A stretch of 64,000 nt of DNA from a virus. The stretch covers positions 18,689 through 82,688 of the IMG/VR virus record IMGVR_UViG_3300022918_000011; one strand, given 5' to 3'. Below are positions 23,976 through 33,347 of the stretch, piece by piece. The notes beneath the pieces were generated by a model that ran no database searches, was not told where the DNA came from, and was given only the letters and a program-made list of their open reading frames with translations. Made by a program: the position numbers and the translations under genes. Position 1 is the first letter of the stretch; every line of letters begins with the position of its first letter.

Positions 23976-26900
23976 ATGCATTACCACATCCTCGACTTCA
24001 AAGCGGTCGCCAAGCACTCGTACTACGGTGCCAGCGACCCTGAAGCAATCCATTGTGAAGTGAAGGACCGCCGCTTTGCCCATTGGCAGGTCGGCGCCGC
24101 TGGGCTGCTCAGCCGTTACTTCCAGGCCGTACTGGATGCCGGGGATAGCCCTCGACAGCTGCTGGTTGCCCACGACATGGGCCAAGAGTTCCGCCAAGGC
24201 ATCTTCCCAGACTACAAGGGGCAGAAGTCCAAGAAGACCGAGAACAAAAGCCCGGTCGAGATGGAACAGATCGAGGGCCTGTACAACTGGTCGAAGCAGT
24301 TCTTCACCGCCGTCGGCGCCACGCAGATCGGCGTCAAGGGCGTCGAAGCGGATGACGTGATTGCCTGGGTTGCCCAGAAAGTTACGGCAGCGGGCGGTAC
24401 GCTAACCATCTACACCGTCGACTTCGACTTGGCAGCGTTGGCCTCAGACGCTGTCAGCATTGTCACCCCCAAGGGCGTATTCCACGGCGACGACGGTGTC
24501 TTCGATCTGGAAAGCGACAACGACCTGAACGGGTTCCCGTACCACCTGGCCAGCTTCTGCAAATCCATCCTCGGTGATGCCTCCGACAACTACGGCGGCG
24601 TGAAGGGGATGGGCAAGGTTGCCCTGCGCAACATGCAGAAGGCTTTCGGCGATGACGGCCTGCTGGAACTGCAGAAGGTCGTGGACACCGGCAACACCGA
24701 CATCCTCAACGAGGTGATCGCTGACACTGGCAGCAAGGAACTGAAGAAGCTGCTGGAAAACTTCACCGACTGGAAGCTGGGCTGGCGCCTGGCACAGCTG
24801 CGGCCTGAGTTGTGCTGGAAACCCCGCAAGAACAAGCTGGTCAAGCCCATCGTCTACAAGCGCGTGCCGAACCCAGGCAAGCTGCTTGAGCTGCTGACCG
24901 AGATCGACCACCAAGACCGCTGGGACGACACGTTCGCTGAACTGATGCCCAACCCGTTCGCTGTTGATGCAGCGAACTGGGGCGAGATGCGTGAAGCAAT
25001 CCTCAGCGAGCTCACCGCCGGTGACCTGATGGCCTTCGACTATGAGTCCTCTGACAAAGAGCCAATCCGGGAATTCCGGATGGCTTCTGGTGCCGGTGAG
25101 GACTTTGTCGATACGCTCAGCCAGGAGCTGGCTGGTGCATCGTTCCAGTTCGGCAAGCATCTGGAGAACGTCATCTACATCCCGCTGGATCACCGCGACG
25201 CGATGAACCTGAACCGGGAAGTGGTGCTGGAGATCCTGAAGCACGCCAAGGCCAAGGGCATCCGCCGGGTGGCACACAACGCCTTCTTCGAGGGTGTGGT
25301 GACCTACACCAACCTCGGCGAGTGGCTGACCGACGTGGAAGATACCCGGATCATGCAGCGGTTCTTTGACGAGAACAGCAGCGCTGGTCTGAAGTCCATG
25401 TCAGCTGACTATCTGGGCTTCGATCAGGTCTCGTTCAAGGAGACGTTGGCGAAGGGCTCCATCCGGGAGGGTGGCGCCACGATGATGTGCGAGCTGACCC
25501 TGGACGAGGTGTTCACCTACGGTACCGACGACAGCTTGGTAACCGGCCATCTGGCTGACCTGATGCAGCTGCAACTGATCCTTGATGGGCAGTGGCTGTT
25601 CTATCAGGAATACGCGGTGAAGCCGACTGAGGTCCTGCAGCGTGCCTACGTTGAAGGCGTGAAGATGAACTGGGCTCTGCAGAAACGTCTGCACCAGCGA
25701 GATCTGAAGGCCATTGAGGAAGGCATGATCGAACTGCGGGCCATCCTGAAGAAGAACGTCACCGGCAACCAGACGGCAGGCGCTGCCTCGCTCATCGCTG
25801 CCGAGAAGGACTACGTCTACAAGTCAGCGCTGAAAAAGTACGACGACAAGGAAATGGCGTCAACCAAGCTCCACGAATGGAAGCGCGCGGTCGAAGCAGC
25901 TTGCCAGTACACACCGTACCGCGAAGAACTGGTCATGCCGGCCTTCGCTTTCACGGCCAAGCAGGTATCGGCGGCTGCCAAGGCCGTTGGGCTGCCAGAG
26001 CTGGAGAAGTTGAACTACAAAGCCTGGGCTGACTACATGGTGCAGGTCGGCGCCGAGGGTTTCGAGGAAGACTGGGGGCTCACAGAGCCGCAGCTGGAAC
26101 TCGTCAAGACGGTGGCCAAGGCCATGGAGTTGGGCTGCATCAGCATCTCCAACATGCGCAAGCTGGTGGAAGCTGAGCAGGAACAAGGGCAGGAGGCTGC
26201 CGACGGCGGCCCTACCGAGAAGGCTCAACGGCTTGAAGCTGCTGAAGCCTACTGGGATGTGCTGGGCGAGGCTATCCAACGCATGGCGGGTGTCGAGGCT
26301 CGGACAGTTGCCTTCGGTGACCCACTGAACGTTGGCAGCCCGGTGCAGATGCAGCGTCTGCTGTACTGCAAGATCGGGGTGCCGGTGCGGTTGTTCGGGA
26401 AGATCAGCAAAGGGCGTCTGCAACTGGGCATCCGGGTCGCTGGTCCATCCACGGATGAGAAAGCAGTCGAGACGGCACTGGCCAACGACATCACAGCGGA
26501 TGGCTGGGAGCGCGAAGCTCTGGCCGTGCTGCTCAAGGTCAAGTCAGCGACGACCCGATGCAGCCTGTACCACGACAAGTGGCCACTGTGGCTGCACCGC
26601 GATGGCAAGGTCCACCCTTACGTCACCGATTACGGTACCGACACCGGCCGGCCAACAGCCAGCTCGATGAACGTGCTGCAGGTGTCGAAGAAGGACAAGA
26701 TCATGCGGTCCTGCTTCATCCCGCCGAGTCAGGACTACGTTTGTGTGGCCATCGACTTCAACGGCCAAGAGATCCGGTTGATGGCGAACCTTGCCAACGA
26801 CCCGGTGCTGCTGTCGGTGTACGAGCCAGGCAACGAGAAGGATCTGCACAGCATGACCGGTGCGGGTATCGCGAAGCTCTCCTACGATCAGTTCACACTG

Positions 26901-27662
26901 ATCCGGGAAGATGTGAAGCACCCCGACAACAAGAAGATCAAAAACATCCGGGACAAGAAGGCCAAGCCTTTGAACTTCGGTATGGCCTACGGCGCTGGTC
27001 CAGGCACGCTGGCTCGCAACATGGTTGCCCCGGTCGAGGAAGCGAAGCAGCTCCTCGAAGACACCATGAACCTCTACTACCGGATTCGTCCGTGGCAGGA
27101 AGAGAGTGCTGCGTTCATGGACAAGCATGGCTACACGCTGACGGCCTACGGCAACAAGCGTCACGCCAGCAACGACCTGTTCTCCACTGACAAGGGCAAG
27201 GTGTCCCGTCAGCATCGTCAGGGTACCAACTTCGAGATCCAGGGCTCGGCAGCTGACATGCTGCGGATCGCACTGACCAACGTGTCGAAGTCCGGGATGA
27301 TGGATCGGCTGCGGTTTGTTTTCTTCGCACCGATCTATGACGAAGTGGTTTCGTGGGTCCACAAGGACGACGTCTACGACTACTGCCTGGAGATGGGCGC
27401 AATCCTTGAAGCCACCACACCTCCTGGCCACATTGTTCGGCAGGTGCCGGAGTATTCAATCGGTTGCGACTGGGGTAACGTACATGAACTGGGCCGCGAC
27501 ATCAGCCCAGAGAACGTGGCCAAGTACGTCAAGCTCTCGCTGGAAGACAGCAAGCCAATCTGGGCAGAGGATGTGCTTGAGCCTTTCGATCCTATCCTGA
27601 AACGTGTTCTGGTCGAGTTGGCCGAGGACGAGGAGGCTGAAGTTGAAGTCATGCCTTACTGA
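23976..27662 (+). CDS. polA: DNA polymerase I-like (5'-3' exonuclease + 3'-5' exonuclease + family A polymerase)
   Basis: EADDVI and GDASDNYGGVKGMG (FEN); FDYES, HNAFFE, YGTDD (exo); TGRPT, DFNGQEIR, KPLNFGMAYG, IQGSAAD, IYDE (pol). Confidence 0.95.
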   Translation: MHYHILDFKAVAKHSYYGASDPEAIHCEVKDRRFAHWQVGAAGLLSRYFQAVLDAGDSPRQLLVAHDMGQEFRQGIFPDYKGQKSKKTENKSPVEMEQIEGLYNWSKQFFTAVGATQIGVKGVEADDVIAWVAQKVTAAGGTLTIYTVDFDLAALASDAVSIVTPKGVFHGDDGVFDLESDNDLNGFPYHLASFCKSILGDASDNYGGVKGMGKVALRNMQKAFGDDGLLELQKVVDTGNTDILNEVIADTGSKELKKLLENFTDWKLGWRLAQLRPELCWKPRKNKLVKPIVYKRVPNPGKLLELLTEIDHQDRWDDTFAELMPNPFAVDAANWGEMREAILSELTAGDLMAFDYESSDKEPIREFRMASGAGEDFVDTLSQELAGASFQFGKHLENVIYIPLDHRDAMNLNREVVLEILKHAKAKGIRRVAHNAFFEGVVTYTNLGEWLTDVEDTRIMQRFFDENSSAGLKSMSADYLGFDQVSFKETLAKGSIREGGATMMCELTLDEVFTYGTDDSLVTGHLADLMQLQLILDGQWLFYQEYAVKPTEVLQRAYVEGVKMNWALQKRLHQRDLKAIEEGMIELRAILKKNVTGNQTAGAASLIAAEKDYVYKSALKKYDDKEMASTKLHEWKRAVEAACQYTPYREELVMPAFAFTAKQVSAAAKAVGLPELEKLNYKAWADYMVQVGAEGFEEDWGLTEPQLELVKTVAKAMELGCISISNMRKLVEAEQEQGQEAADGGPTEKAQRLEAAEAYWDVLGEAIQRMAGVEARTVAFGDPLNVGSPVQMQRLLYCKIGVPVRLFGKISKGRLQLGIRVAGPSTDEKAVETALANDITADGWEREALAVLLKVKSATTRCSLYHDKWPLWLHRDGKVHPYVTDYGTDTGRPTASSMNVLQVSKKDKIMRSCFIPPSQDYVCVAIDFNGQEIRLMANLANDPVLLSVYEPGNEKDLHSMTGAGIAKLSYDQFTLIREDVKHPDNKKIKNIRDKKAKPLNFGMAYGAGPGTLARNMVAPVEEAKQLLEDTMNLYYRIRPWQEESAAFMDKHGYTLTAYGNKRHASNDLFSTDKGKVSRQHRQGTNFEIQGSAADMLRIALTNVSKSGMMDRLRFVFFAPIYDEVVSWVHKDDVYDYCLEMGAILEATTPPGHIVRQVPEYSIGCDWGNVHELGRDISPENVAKYVKLSLEDSKPIWAEDVLEPFDPILKRVLVELAEDEEAEVEVMPY

Positions 27663-28030
27663 TGTTTGATTGGATGGGCGTCAAGTTCCCGATCAGCGAG
27701 AAGGACAGGAAGCAGATGATGGAAGACGGTGGGCCGGCAGACGCCGACCTGCCAAGCTTTCCTCCTCCTTACCAGAATCGTGGTGAGGAGGAGATCTCAA
27801 CGCTGACCAAGGAACTGAACGTCACAGCTGCCAGTCTGGAGAAGGCGCTGGAAATGGTCCGGGAACTGGAGACTCATCTGGTCCGGATCAGAACCCAGCG
27901 CAACCTGTACAAACGCGGCGTCGAGCAGCTGCATATGGACTGGCCAGCGATCTACAAGCGGTACTTCACCGAACAAGGCGAGCAAGACCAACTCAATGGG
28001 GTGCCAACCAAGGCGCCCCGCAGGAAATAA
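27662..28030 (+). CDS. hypothetical coiled-coil protein
   Basis: TGATG overlap with polA. Confidence 0.65.
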   Translation: MFDWMGVKFPISEKDRKQMMEDGGPADADLPSFPPPYQNRGEEEISTLTKELNVTAASLEKALEMVRELETHLVRIRTQRNLYKRGVEQLHMDWPAIYKRYFTEQGEQDQLNGVPTKAPRRK

Positions 28031-28041
28031 GGAAGCAGTCG

Positions 28042-28800
28042 ATGTTTAACGCTAAGAGCATTACGGTATTCGCCCACGACTACGAGACAACTGGGGTTCA
28101 AACCCAGACCCTCGGTGTTGTGCAGGCAGCGCTGTGTTTTGCAACGGTACATCAGGACGGCACGTATGTGATCGTCGAGAAGGACGTGCAGAACTTGAAC
28201 CCGGGCATGCCGATCGAGCCTGGTGCGATGGCCATCCACGGCCTGTCAGACTTCGACGTCGCGGACTGCCCACCTTGGCAGCCGTACCTTGAAGAACAGA
28301 TGGCCACGGTCAACGAGTTCGGCGCCGACGCTGTCCTGTCGTTCAACGGCAACCGCTTCGACAACAAGATCGCCATGCGTTGCGGCTGGGTGCCAACCCC
28401 GTCCATCGACCTGTTCAAGTTTGCTTCGATCCAGAAGAAAAACAAACTCTGGGAGAAGGCGAACCTCGGTTACAGCCACGAGATGGTCACCGGCCGCAAG
28501 CTGGAGAAGGCTCACAACGCCTTCGCTGACATCGTCGGCACCCTCGATATGCTGGAAGGCATGATCAAGCTGTCCGGCGTTGCCAACCTTGATGAGTTCA
28601 TGGCCCTGATCCAGGGTGATGACGGCACCCCTGAGATGAAGATCAACTGGGGGAAACATGCCGGCAAGAAGCTCAAGCACCTGCCCATCTCTTACCTAGA
28701 ATGGCTGCTGAGCCCAGGCTGTGAGATCTCTCACAGCGTTGAGTTCCAGGGGGCGATTACCGCAGCGCTGGGTATGCCAGTCGCACCCGGTGCCCGATGA
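28042..28800 (+). CDS. exodeoxyribonuclease X-like DEDDh exonuclease
   Basis: DYETTG, IHG, FNGNRFD, AHNAFAD; C-terminal WGKHAG...P.SYLEW. Confidence 0.85.
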   Translation: MFNAKSITVFAHDYETTGVQTQTLGVVQAALCFATVHQDGTYVIVEKDVQNLNPGMPIEPGAMAIHGLSDFDVADCPPWQPYLEEQMATVNEFGADAVLSFNGNRFDNKIAMRCGWVPTPSIDLFKFASIQKKNKLWEKANLGYSHEMVTGRKLEKAHNAFADIVGTLDMLEGMIKLSGVANLDEFMALIQGDDGTPEMKINWGKHAGKKLKHLPISYLEWLLSPGCEISHSVEFQGAITAALGMPVAPGAR

Positions 28801-29399
28801 TCCTGCTGGGCATTGCGGGTCTGGCCCGCAGCGGTAAGGACACGGCCGCAAACCATTTGGCTGAAGTCCTGCGCCTTGAGCGTTACGCCTTCGCCGAGCC
28901 ACTGAAGACCATGCTCAAGTCGGTGTTCGGCGATCACTTCCATGTCGGCGACCGCAGCGGTATCTGCCCAGAGGCTGGGATCAGCTATCGACTGCTGATG
29001 CAGACGCTGGGTACCGAGTGGGGCCGCGAGCAGGTCAACCCACAGCTGTGGGTGAATCTGGTGGATCGTCACTGGAACGAGGTGCAATATCAAGCCAAGT
29101 TCGCTGACACTTACCGCCGTGCGTTCGAGACAGACCCACCGAATGGCATGATCCTCAGCGACGTGCGCTTCGACTCCGAAGCCAAGTGGATCAAGGACAA
29201 CGGTGGGTTCATCATCCACATTTCCCGCCCCGAAACCGAACGATCCGGCGCACCGCGAGAAGGTTCGCATGCCAGCGAGGACGGTATCACCCTGTCCTAC
29301 GCTGACGTCTGCTTGATCAACGATGGAGACATCGAGGATCTGAAGATCCAGCTGACGGCAGCGTACTCGATCATGCGGAACCGCAAACATGGCAGCTGA
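28797..29399 (+). CDS. deoxynucleoside monophosphate kinase
   Basis: GLARSGKDT, FAEPLK, MQTLGTEWGR, SDVRFDSE, HASE. Confidence 0.92.
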   Translation: MILLGIAGLARSGKDTAANHLAEVLRLERYAFAEPLKTMLKSVFGDHFHVGDRSGICPEAGISYRLLMQTLGTEWGREQVNPQLWVNLVDRHWNEVQYQAKFADTYRRAFETDPPNGMILSDVRFDSEAKWIKDNGGFIIHISRPETERSGAPREGSHASEDGITLSYADVCLINDGDIEDLKIQLTAAYSIMRNRKHGS

Positions 29400-29913
29400 C
29401 ATCGGCAAGGTATTTGAGAAGGAAATCCGAAAGGTCTTCGTCATCCTCAAAGACCAACGCCATGTTGCCTGGCACCGGCTGCTGGATACCGGTGCCGCTG
29501 GCAACACCGTCGGCGAGCAGCCCAGCGATTTCCTGCTGGGCCTGCCACCAGGCTGCACCAACCTGCTCGACAACCAGCGGCTCATGCTGCTGGAGGTCAA
29601 GGCCAGCGAGAAGCACCACACACTTGGCAAGGCGATGATGACGCCGAGTCAGCGTGGTGCAATCGCCCGGTACCGGCAGATGCTCAACATCCCCTACGTC
29701 ATCCTGTTCTGGGACACGCAGGACGGGGTGATCCAGATGTGGGATGGCGCTGCCATCCTCGGCGAGAAGAACATCAACAAGCGAGACATGCTCGCACAGT
29801 GGTCCGATTGCGGTGTCATATCAAAACTGCGTCACGAAGTTGTGGCTAAGTATCTGATTGAATACTTCCAAATCCCTGCAGGTGCAGCTACATTGGCTGC
29901 CGCTCTGCGATAA
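29389..29913 (+). CDS. PD-(D/E)XK nuclease, probable Holliday junction resolvase
   Basis: GKVFEKE...PSDF...LEVK. Confidence 0.7.
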   Translation: MAADIGKVFEKEIRKVFVILKDQRHVAWHRLLDTGAAGNTVGEQPSDFLLGLPPGCTNLLDNQRLMLLEVKASEKHHTLGKAMMTPSQRGAIARYRQMLNIPYVILFWDTQDGVIQMWDGAAILGEKNINKRDMLAQWSDCGVISKLRHEVVAKYLIEYFQIPAGAATLAAALR

Positions 29914-29928
29914 ATCGAGATGTAGTAT

Positions 29929-31089
29929 ATGAAAATTCTCTTTTCCACCACGCTCTACAAGAACCACTCCGGCAAAGTCGGCTACTGGGCTGTCGAAGCC
30001 CTGGCTGAAGACCGCGAGCCGTCAGCTGACAATCCCGCACCGGCAACCGCTGCCCTGCGTATGTCCTACGCCAAGACACTCGGCGGTAAAGAAGCCATGT
30101 CGATGGACCCGGTCAAAGGCAAGAACATCGGCCGAGCCAACCAGACGTCGCCGAGCGAGCAGGCGATTGCCGAGGCCAAGGCCCGTGCAGCCAAGCAGAT
30201 CCTCAAGGGCTACGTCGAAACCATCGAGGACGCAGCGGTGAAGTCGACCAACGCCCTCGGCAAGAAGAAGCCGATGCTCGCTGTCGACATCGACAAGATC
30301 AAGCCTGAAGTTCTGGAAGCTGCTATCGAGGCTGGTCGAGCATTCGTGCAGCCCAAACTTGATGGCCACCGCTGCATGAACGACCAAGGCATCTACAGCC
30401 GGGGTGGCAAGGACCACAACGTGGCCCACGTCACCGAAGCGCTTCACGCCACTGGCCTGATCGATCTGCCGCTCGACGGTGAGCTGTATGTTCACGGCCT
30501 GACCTTGCAGAAGATCGGCAGCCTGATCACCAAGCACCAGGAAGACTCGCTGAAGCTGGTCTACTGCGTGTACGACCTCGTGACTGAAGACCCGTTCCTG
30601 GAGCGTTACAAAGCGCTGTCCAACGCGGTGCTGAACAACCCACACCCTGCCATTCAGCTGGTACCGCTGGTCAAGGTGACCAGCATGAAGCAGGCGCTTG
30701 AGCAGACAGCGCACTGGGTAGCGTTGGGCTACGAAGGCGGCATCTTCCGCATCAGCGAGGCTGGCTACGAGGACGATGCACGGTCCAAACAGCTGGGCAA
30801 ACTGAAAGACTTCACGGATCTAGAAGTGACCGTTACTGGCTACAGCCTGGGCACCCCGAAGATGCACAACGGTGAACAGCTGGAGCAGCCGATCCTTGAA
30901 TACAAGACTGACGACGGCAAGGTCGGCAAGGTCACCGTGATGGGTGACATGCACGAGAAGCACGCCGAGTACCTGGAACTGGCAGCGGGCAAGAACATCG
31001 GCCGCCGCCTGACCATCGAGCACTTCGGCCTCACCAACAAGGGCGTCCCGAACATCGCGACCGCCAAGTGCTGGCACAACCCGCTATGA
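29929..31089 (+). CDS. ATP-dependent DNA ligase
   Basis: QPKLDGHR, DGELY, YDL, EGGIFR, KLK motifs. Confidence 0.93.
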   Translation: MKILFSTTLYKNHSGKVGYWAVEALAEDREPSADNPAPATAALRMSYAKTLGGKEAMSMDPVKGKNIGRANQTSPSEQAIAEAKARAAKQILKGYVETIEDAAVKSTNALGKKKPMLAVDIDKIKPEVLEAAIEAGRAFVQPKLDGHRCMNDQGIYSRGGKDHNVAHVTEALHATGLIDLPLDGELYVHGLTLQKIGSLITKHQEDSLKLVYCVYDLVTEDPFLERYKALSNAVLNNPHPAIQLVPLVKVTSMKQALEQTAHWVALGYEGGIFRISEAGYEDDARSKQLGKLKDFTDLEVTVTGYSLGTPKMHNGEQLEQPILEYKTDDGKVGKVTVMGDMHEKHAEYLELAAGKNIGRRLTIEHFGLTNKGVPNIATAKCWHNPL

Positions 31090-31283
31090 GCTATCTCAAC
31101 TGGCTGAAGATGCTGCCAAAGGGCAGCAGCGCGCTGGCATACCTCAAGGTGCTGGCCCGACTGCTGATAATCGATCTGGTCAAGACTGTAGACCGGGTGT
31201 GGGCAGCGATGGGCTGGGGCTTCGGCCTGGCCTTCGGTGCCACCCTGTTCTGGTCCCTGCTGAACCACCTCTCTCCTACGTAG
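31086..31283 (+). CDS. small membrane protein
   Basis: ATGA overlap; hydrophobic C-terminus. Confidence 0.55.
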   Translation: MSYLNWLKMLPKGSSALAYLKVLARLLIIDLVKTVDRVWAAMGWGFGLAFGATLFWSLLNHLSPT

Positions 31284-31308
31284 GCGGCAAAGCCGCCAAG
31301 GATAACCA

Positions 31309-31425
31309 ATGAAACACGCATCCAAGGCGGCGTGGACCGCGCTGGCAGTGTTCCTACTCGCTGCCAGCGCCTGCCCTATCGTCATCGCCCTGTTCCTGTC
31401 TATCAAGAAGGCTCTCACCGCATGA
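31309..31425 (+). CDS. 38-aa transmembrane peptide (below ORF-track cutoff)
   Basis: AAGGA RBS; MKHASKAAWTALAVFLLAASACPIVIALFLSIKKALTA; ATGA overlap with sbcD-like gene. Confidence 0.55.
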   Translation: MKHASKAAWTALAVFLLAASACPIVIALFLSIKKALTA

Positions 31426-32495
31426 AAAACCTGACTATCTTCACCGACCCGCACCTCGGGACCAAGCGCGCAGCTCACACCACCCGTGAATCGTCTGCAC
31501 GTCTGCAAGAGCAGCTGTACTTCCAAGCCCAGGCCATCGTCGAGACGGCAACCAACCCGGTCCTGTGCAACGGCGACCTGTTCGACAAAGCTTTCAACCC
31601 GGAATCTGTCCTCGTTCAAGGCTACAACGTGGCGTCCAAGTGCTGGATGACAGTCGCTGGCAACCACGACATGACCAACCGTGAAGGCACGGTGACTTCG
31701 CTGGATGCGCTGAAAGAGATGGGCGTGCCGGTGTGTGCAGCGCCGAACCTGACCGACCCGTACTGGGACAATCACGAGTCTATCTACATCGTCCCGCACC
31801 ATGCCTCACAGGCCGTGTTTGAAACAGCTATGCACGATGCGGCGCGGCATGCGACGGAGACCCGCGATGGGTTGGCGTCCTATATCTTCCTGCACTGTAA
31901 CTACCAGTTCGGGTTTGCCTGCGAAGACAACACGCTGAACCTCAGCCCTGAAATGACTGACATGTTGTGCGAAGCGTTCGACTATGTGTTCATCGGCCAC
32001 GAGCACAACCCGAACACTTACATGGACGGCAAGGTGGTGATCCTCGGCAACACCCACCCGACTTCCTTCAGCGACATCAGCGACAAGTTCATCTACCACC
32101 TGGAGCTGGACACCGCGGTCCTCACCGCCGAATGCGTATGGGCCAAGGGCGACCACTACCTGGAGCTCAAGCTTGGCCAGGCCATTCCGGATCTCTCCGG
32201 CATCCACTTCATCGACGTCAAGGGTGTCGAGGCGGTCAGCGAGGCGTCGGTAGTCAGCCAGTACATTCAGGAAGTGTGGAAGGCCGCCGAATATGTTTCG
32301 GCCGTGTCTGAAACTGAAAAGTATTGCGACCTACTCGCCGTGCGCAACAGCGTGCAGCTCAAGGATGCTCTGGCCGGCATCGACGATGAAGTCTCGGTCA
32401 AGGTCGAGGATCTGCGCAGCCGTATCGCTGCCGACCTGACAGGCAGCGACCTGGAGCCGCTGTATCGGGAGTTGCTTGCGGAGGTGGAAGCATGA
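31422..32495 (+). CDS. SbcD/Mre11-like metallophosphoesterase nuclease
   Basis: DPHLG, GDLFD, GNHD, LHC, GHEH. Confidence 0.9.
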   Translation: MKNLTIFTDPHLGTKRAAHTTRESSARLQEQLYFQAQAIVETATNPVLCNGDLFDKAFNPESVLVQGYNVASKCWMTVAGNHDMTNREGTVTSLDALKEMGVPVCAAPNLTDPYWDNHESIYIVPHHASQAVFETAMHDAARHATETRDGLASYIFLHCNYQFGFACEDNTLNLSPEMTDMLCEAFDYVFIGHEHNPNTYMDGKVVILGNTHPTSFSDISDKFIYHLELDTAVLTAECVWAKGDHYLELKLGQAIPDLSGIHFIDVKGVEAVSEASVVSQYIQEVWKAAEYVSAVSETEKYCDLLAVRNSVQLKDALAGIDDEVSVKVEDLRSRIAADLTGSDLEPLYRELLAEVEA

Positions 32496-32821
32496 AACAG
32501 AATATCTCGATCGGTCAGAAAGTCCTGATCACTACCCACAACTGGTTCATCGCGCCCAACGGTAACCAGTACATGGCGGCCTACGGCACGGTGAAAGCAG
32601 TGCTAGATTCTCAACAGACCCTGGGGGTGAAAACCAACGCTCGCTCCACCAACTGGTACGTCGAGGTGGGCAACATGACCATCGCGGGCTGCCAGATCTT
32701 TTACGCGGTGCAGGCCAGCGACTGCAATCTGGGGGACGTGGAGTCCTTTGAAGTGAAGGACGGTCAGGTGCTGAAGTTCAAGGTTCCATCGAAGATCTAC
32801 AACGCTGATGGGGTGTACTGA
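32492..32821 (+). CDS. conserved hypothetical protein
   Basis: GGAGG RBS, ATGA overlap. Confidence 0.75.
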   Translation: MKQNISIGQKVLITTHNWFIAPNGNQYMAAYGTVKAVLDSQQTLGVKTNARSTNWYVEVGNMTIAGCQIFYAVQASDCNLGDVESFEVKDGQVLKFKVPSKIYNADGVY

Positions 32822-33054
32822 TGACCGGCCCAATGACTCTTGAGTCCTGGCAAATGGTAGCCCGCCTGCTAGTGCAGCGACTGGGTGGCGACGTGGTAAT
32901 CAGCCACGAAGAAATACGCCAGCTGGTGGAAGCCGGCAAAGACCAACGCGCCATCATCGTGGTAACCAACGAGCCAGAAGGTCTTCAGTGCAAACTGATC
33001 ACCACCGAGGCGGCCATGAAGATAATCAAGAAGGCAGGAGGGTCGCTACATTGA
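32821..33054 (+). CDS. hypothetical protein
   Basis: TGATG overlap. Confidence 0.65.
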   Translation: MTGPMTLESWQMVARLLVQRLGGDVVISHEEIRQLVEAGKDQRAIIVVTNEPEGLQCKLITTEAAMKIIKKAGGSLH

Positions 33055-33338
33055 GAATAGAACCCTCCCGCGAACGGTTATTCGACATCGTAGATCGCCG
33101 TATCTTCAAGAACCGGTCAGTTGGTCTGTCAACCACGGTCAATCATGGCTCATCGATGGGCAAGAGCGAGGCGATCTTCAACGCCTTCGCTTCCTGCGGC
33201 AAGACAGAAACCAACATGCTCTGGTTGCACGAACGCCTGGCCGAGTGGGACTGGGACCCCAACTGGGTACCGACCACGTCCCGCCTCGCAAACTCCATCC
33301 GCTGGGCCAATCGCTCCCACCTGCGGAACCAAATTTAA
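33051..33338 (+). CDS. hypothetical protein with three P-loop-like segments
   Basis: GGAGG RBS, TTG start overlapping upstream stop; KNRSVGLST, GSSMGKS, ASCGKT. Confidence 0.55.
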   Translation: MRIEPSRERLFDIVDRRIFKNRSVGLSTTVNHGSSMGKSEAIFNAFASCGKTETNMLWLHERLAEWDWDPNWVPTTSRLANSIRWANRSHLRNQI

Positions 33339-33347
33339 GGAATCACC

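Noticed and set aside
25650-26330. Possible intein or intron in the polymerase insertion
   Set aside because: Frame is continuous; no C/S start, HN-C/S/T end or LAGLIDADG motifs seen
21623-29399. Hypermodified-base (e.g. dZ, 7-deazaguanine, hmU) pathway
   Set aside because: MazG-like, ThyX and dNMP kinase are present, but no PurZ, Que/Dpd, dCMP deaminase or glycosyltransferase genes were recognised in this window
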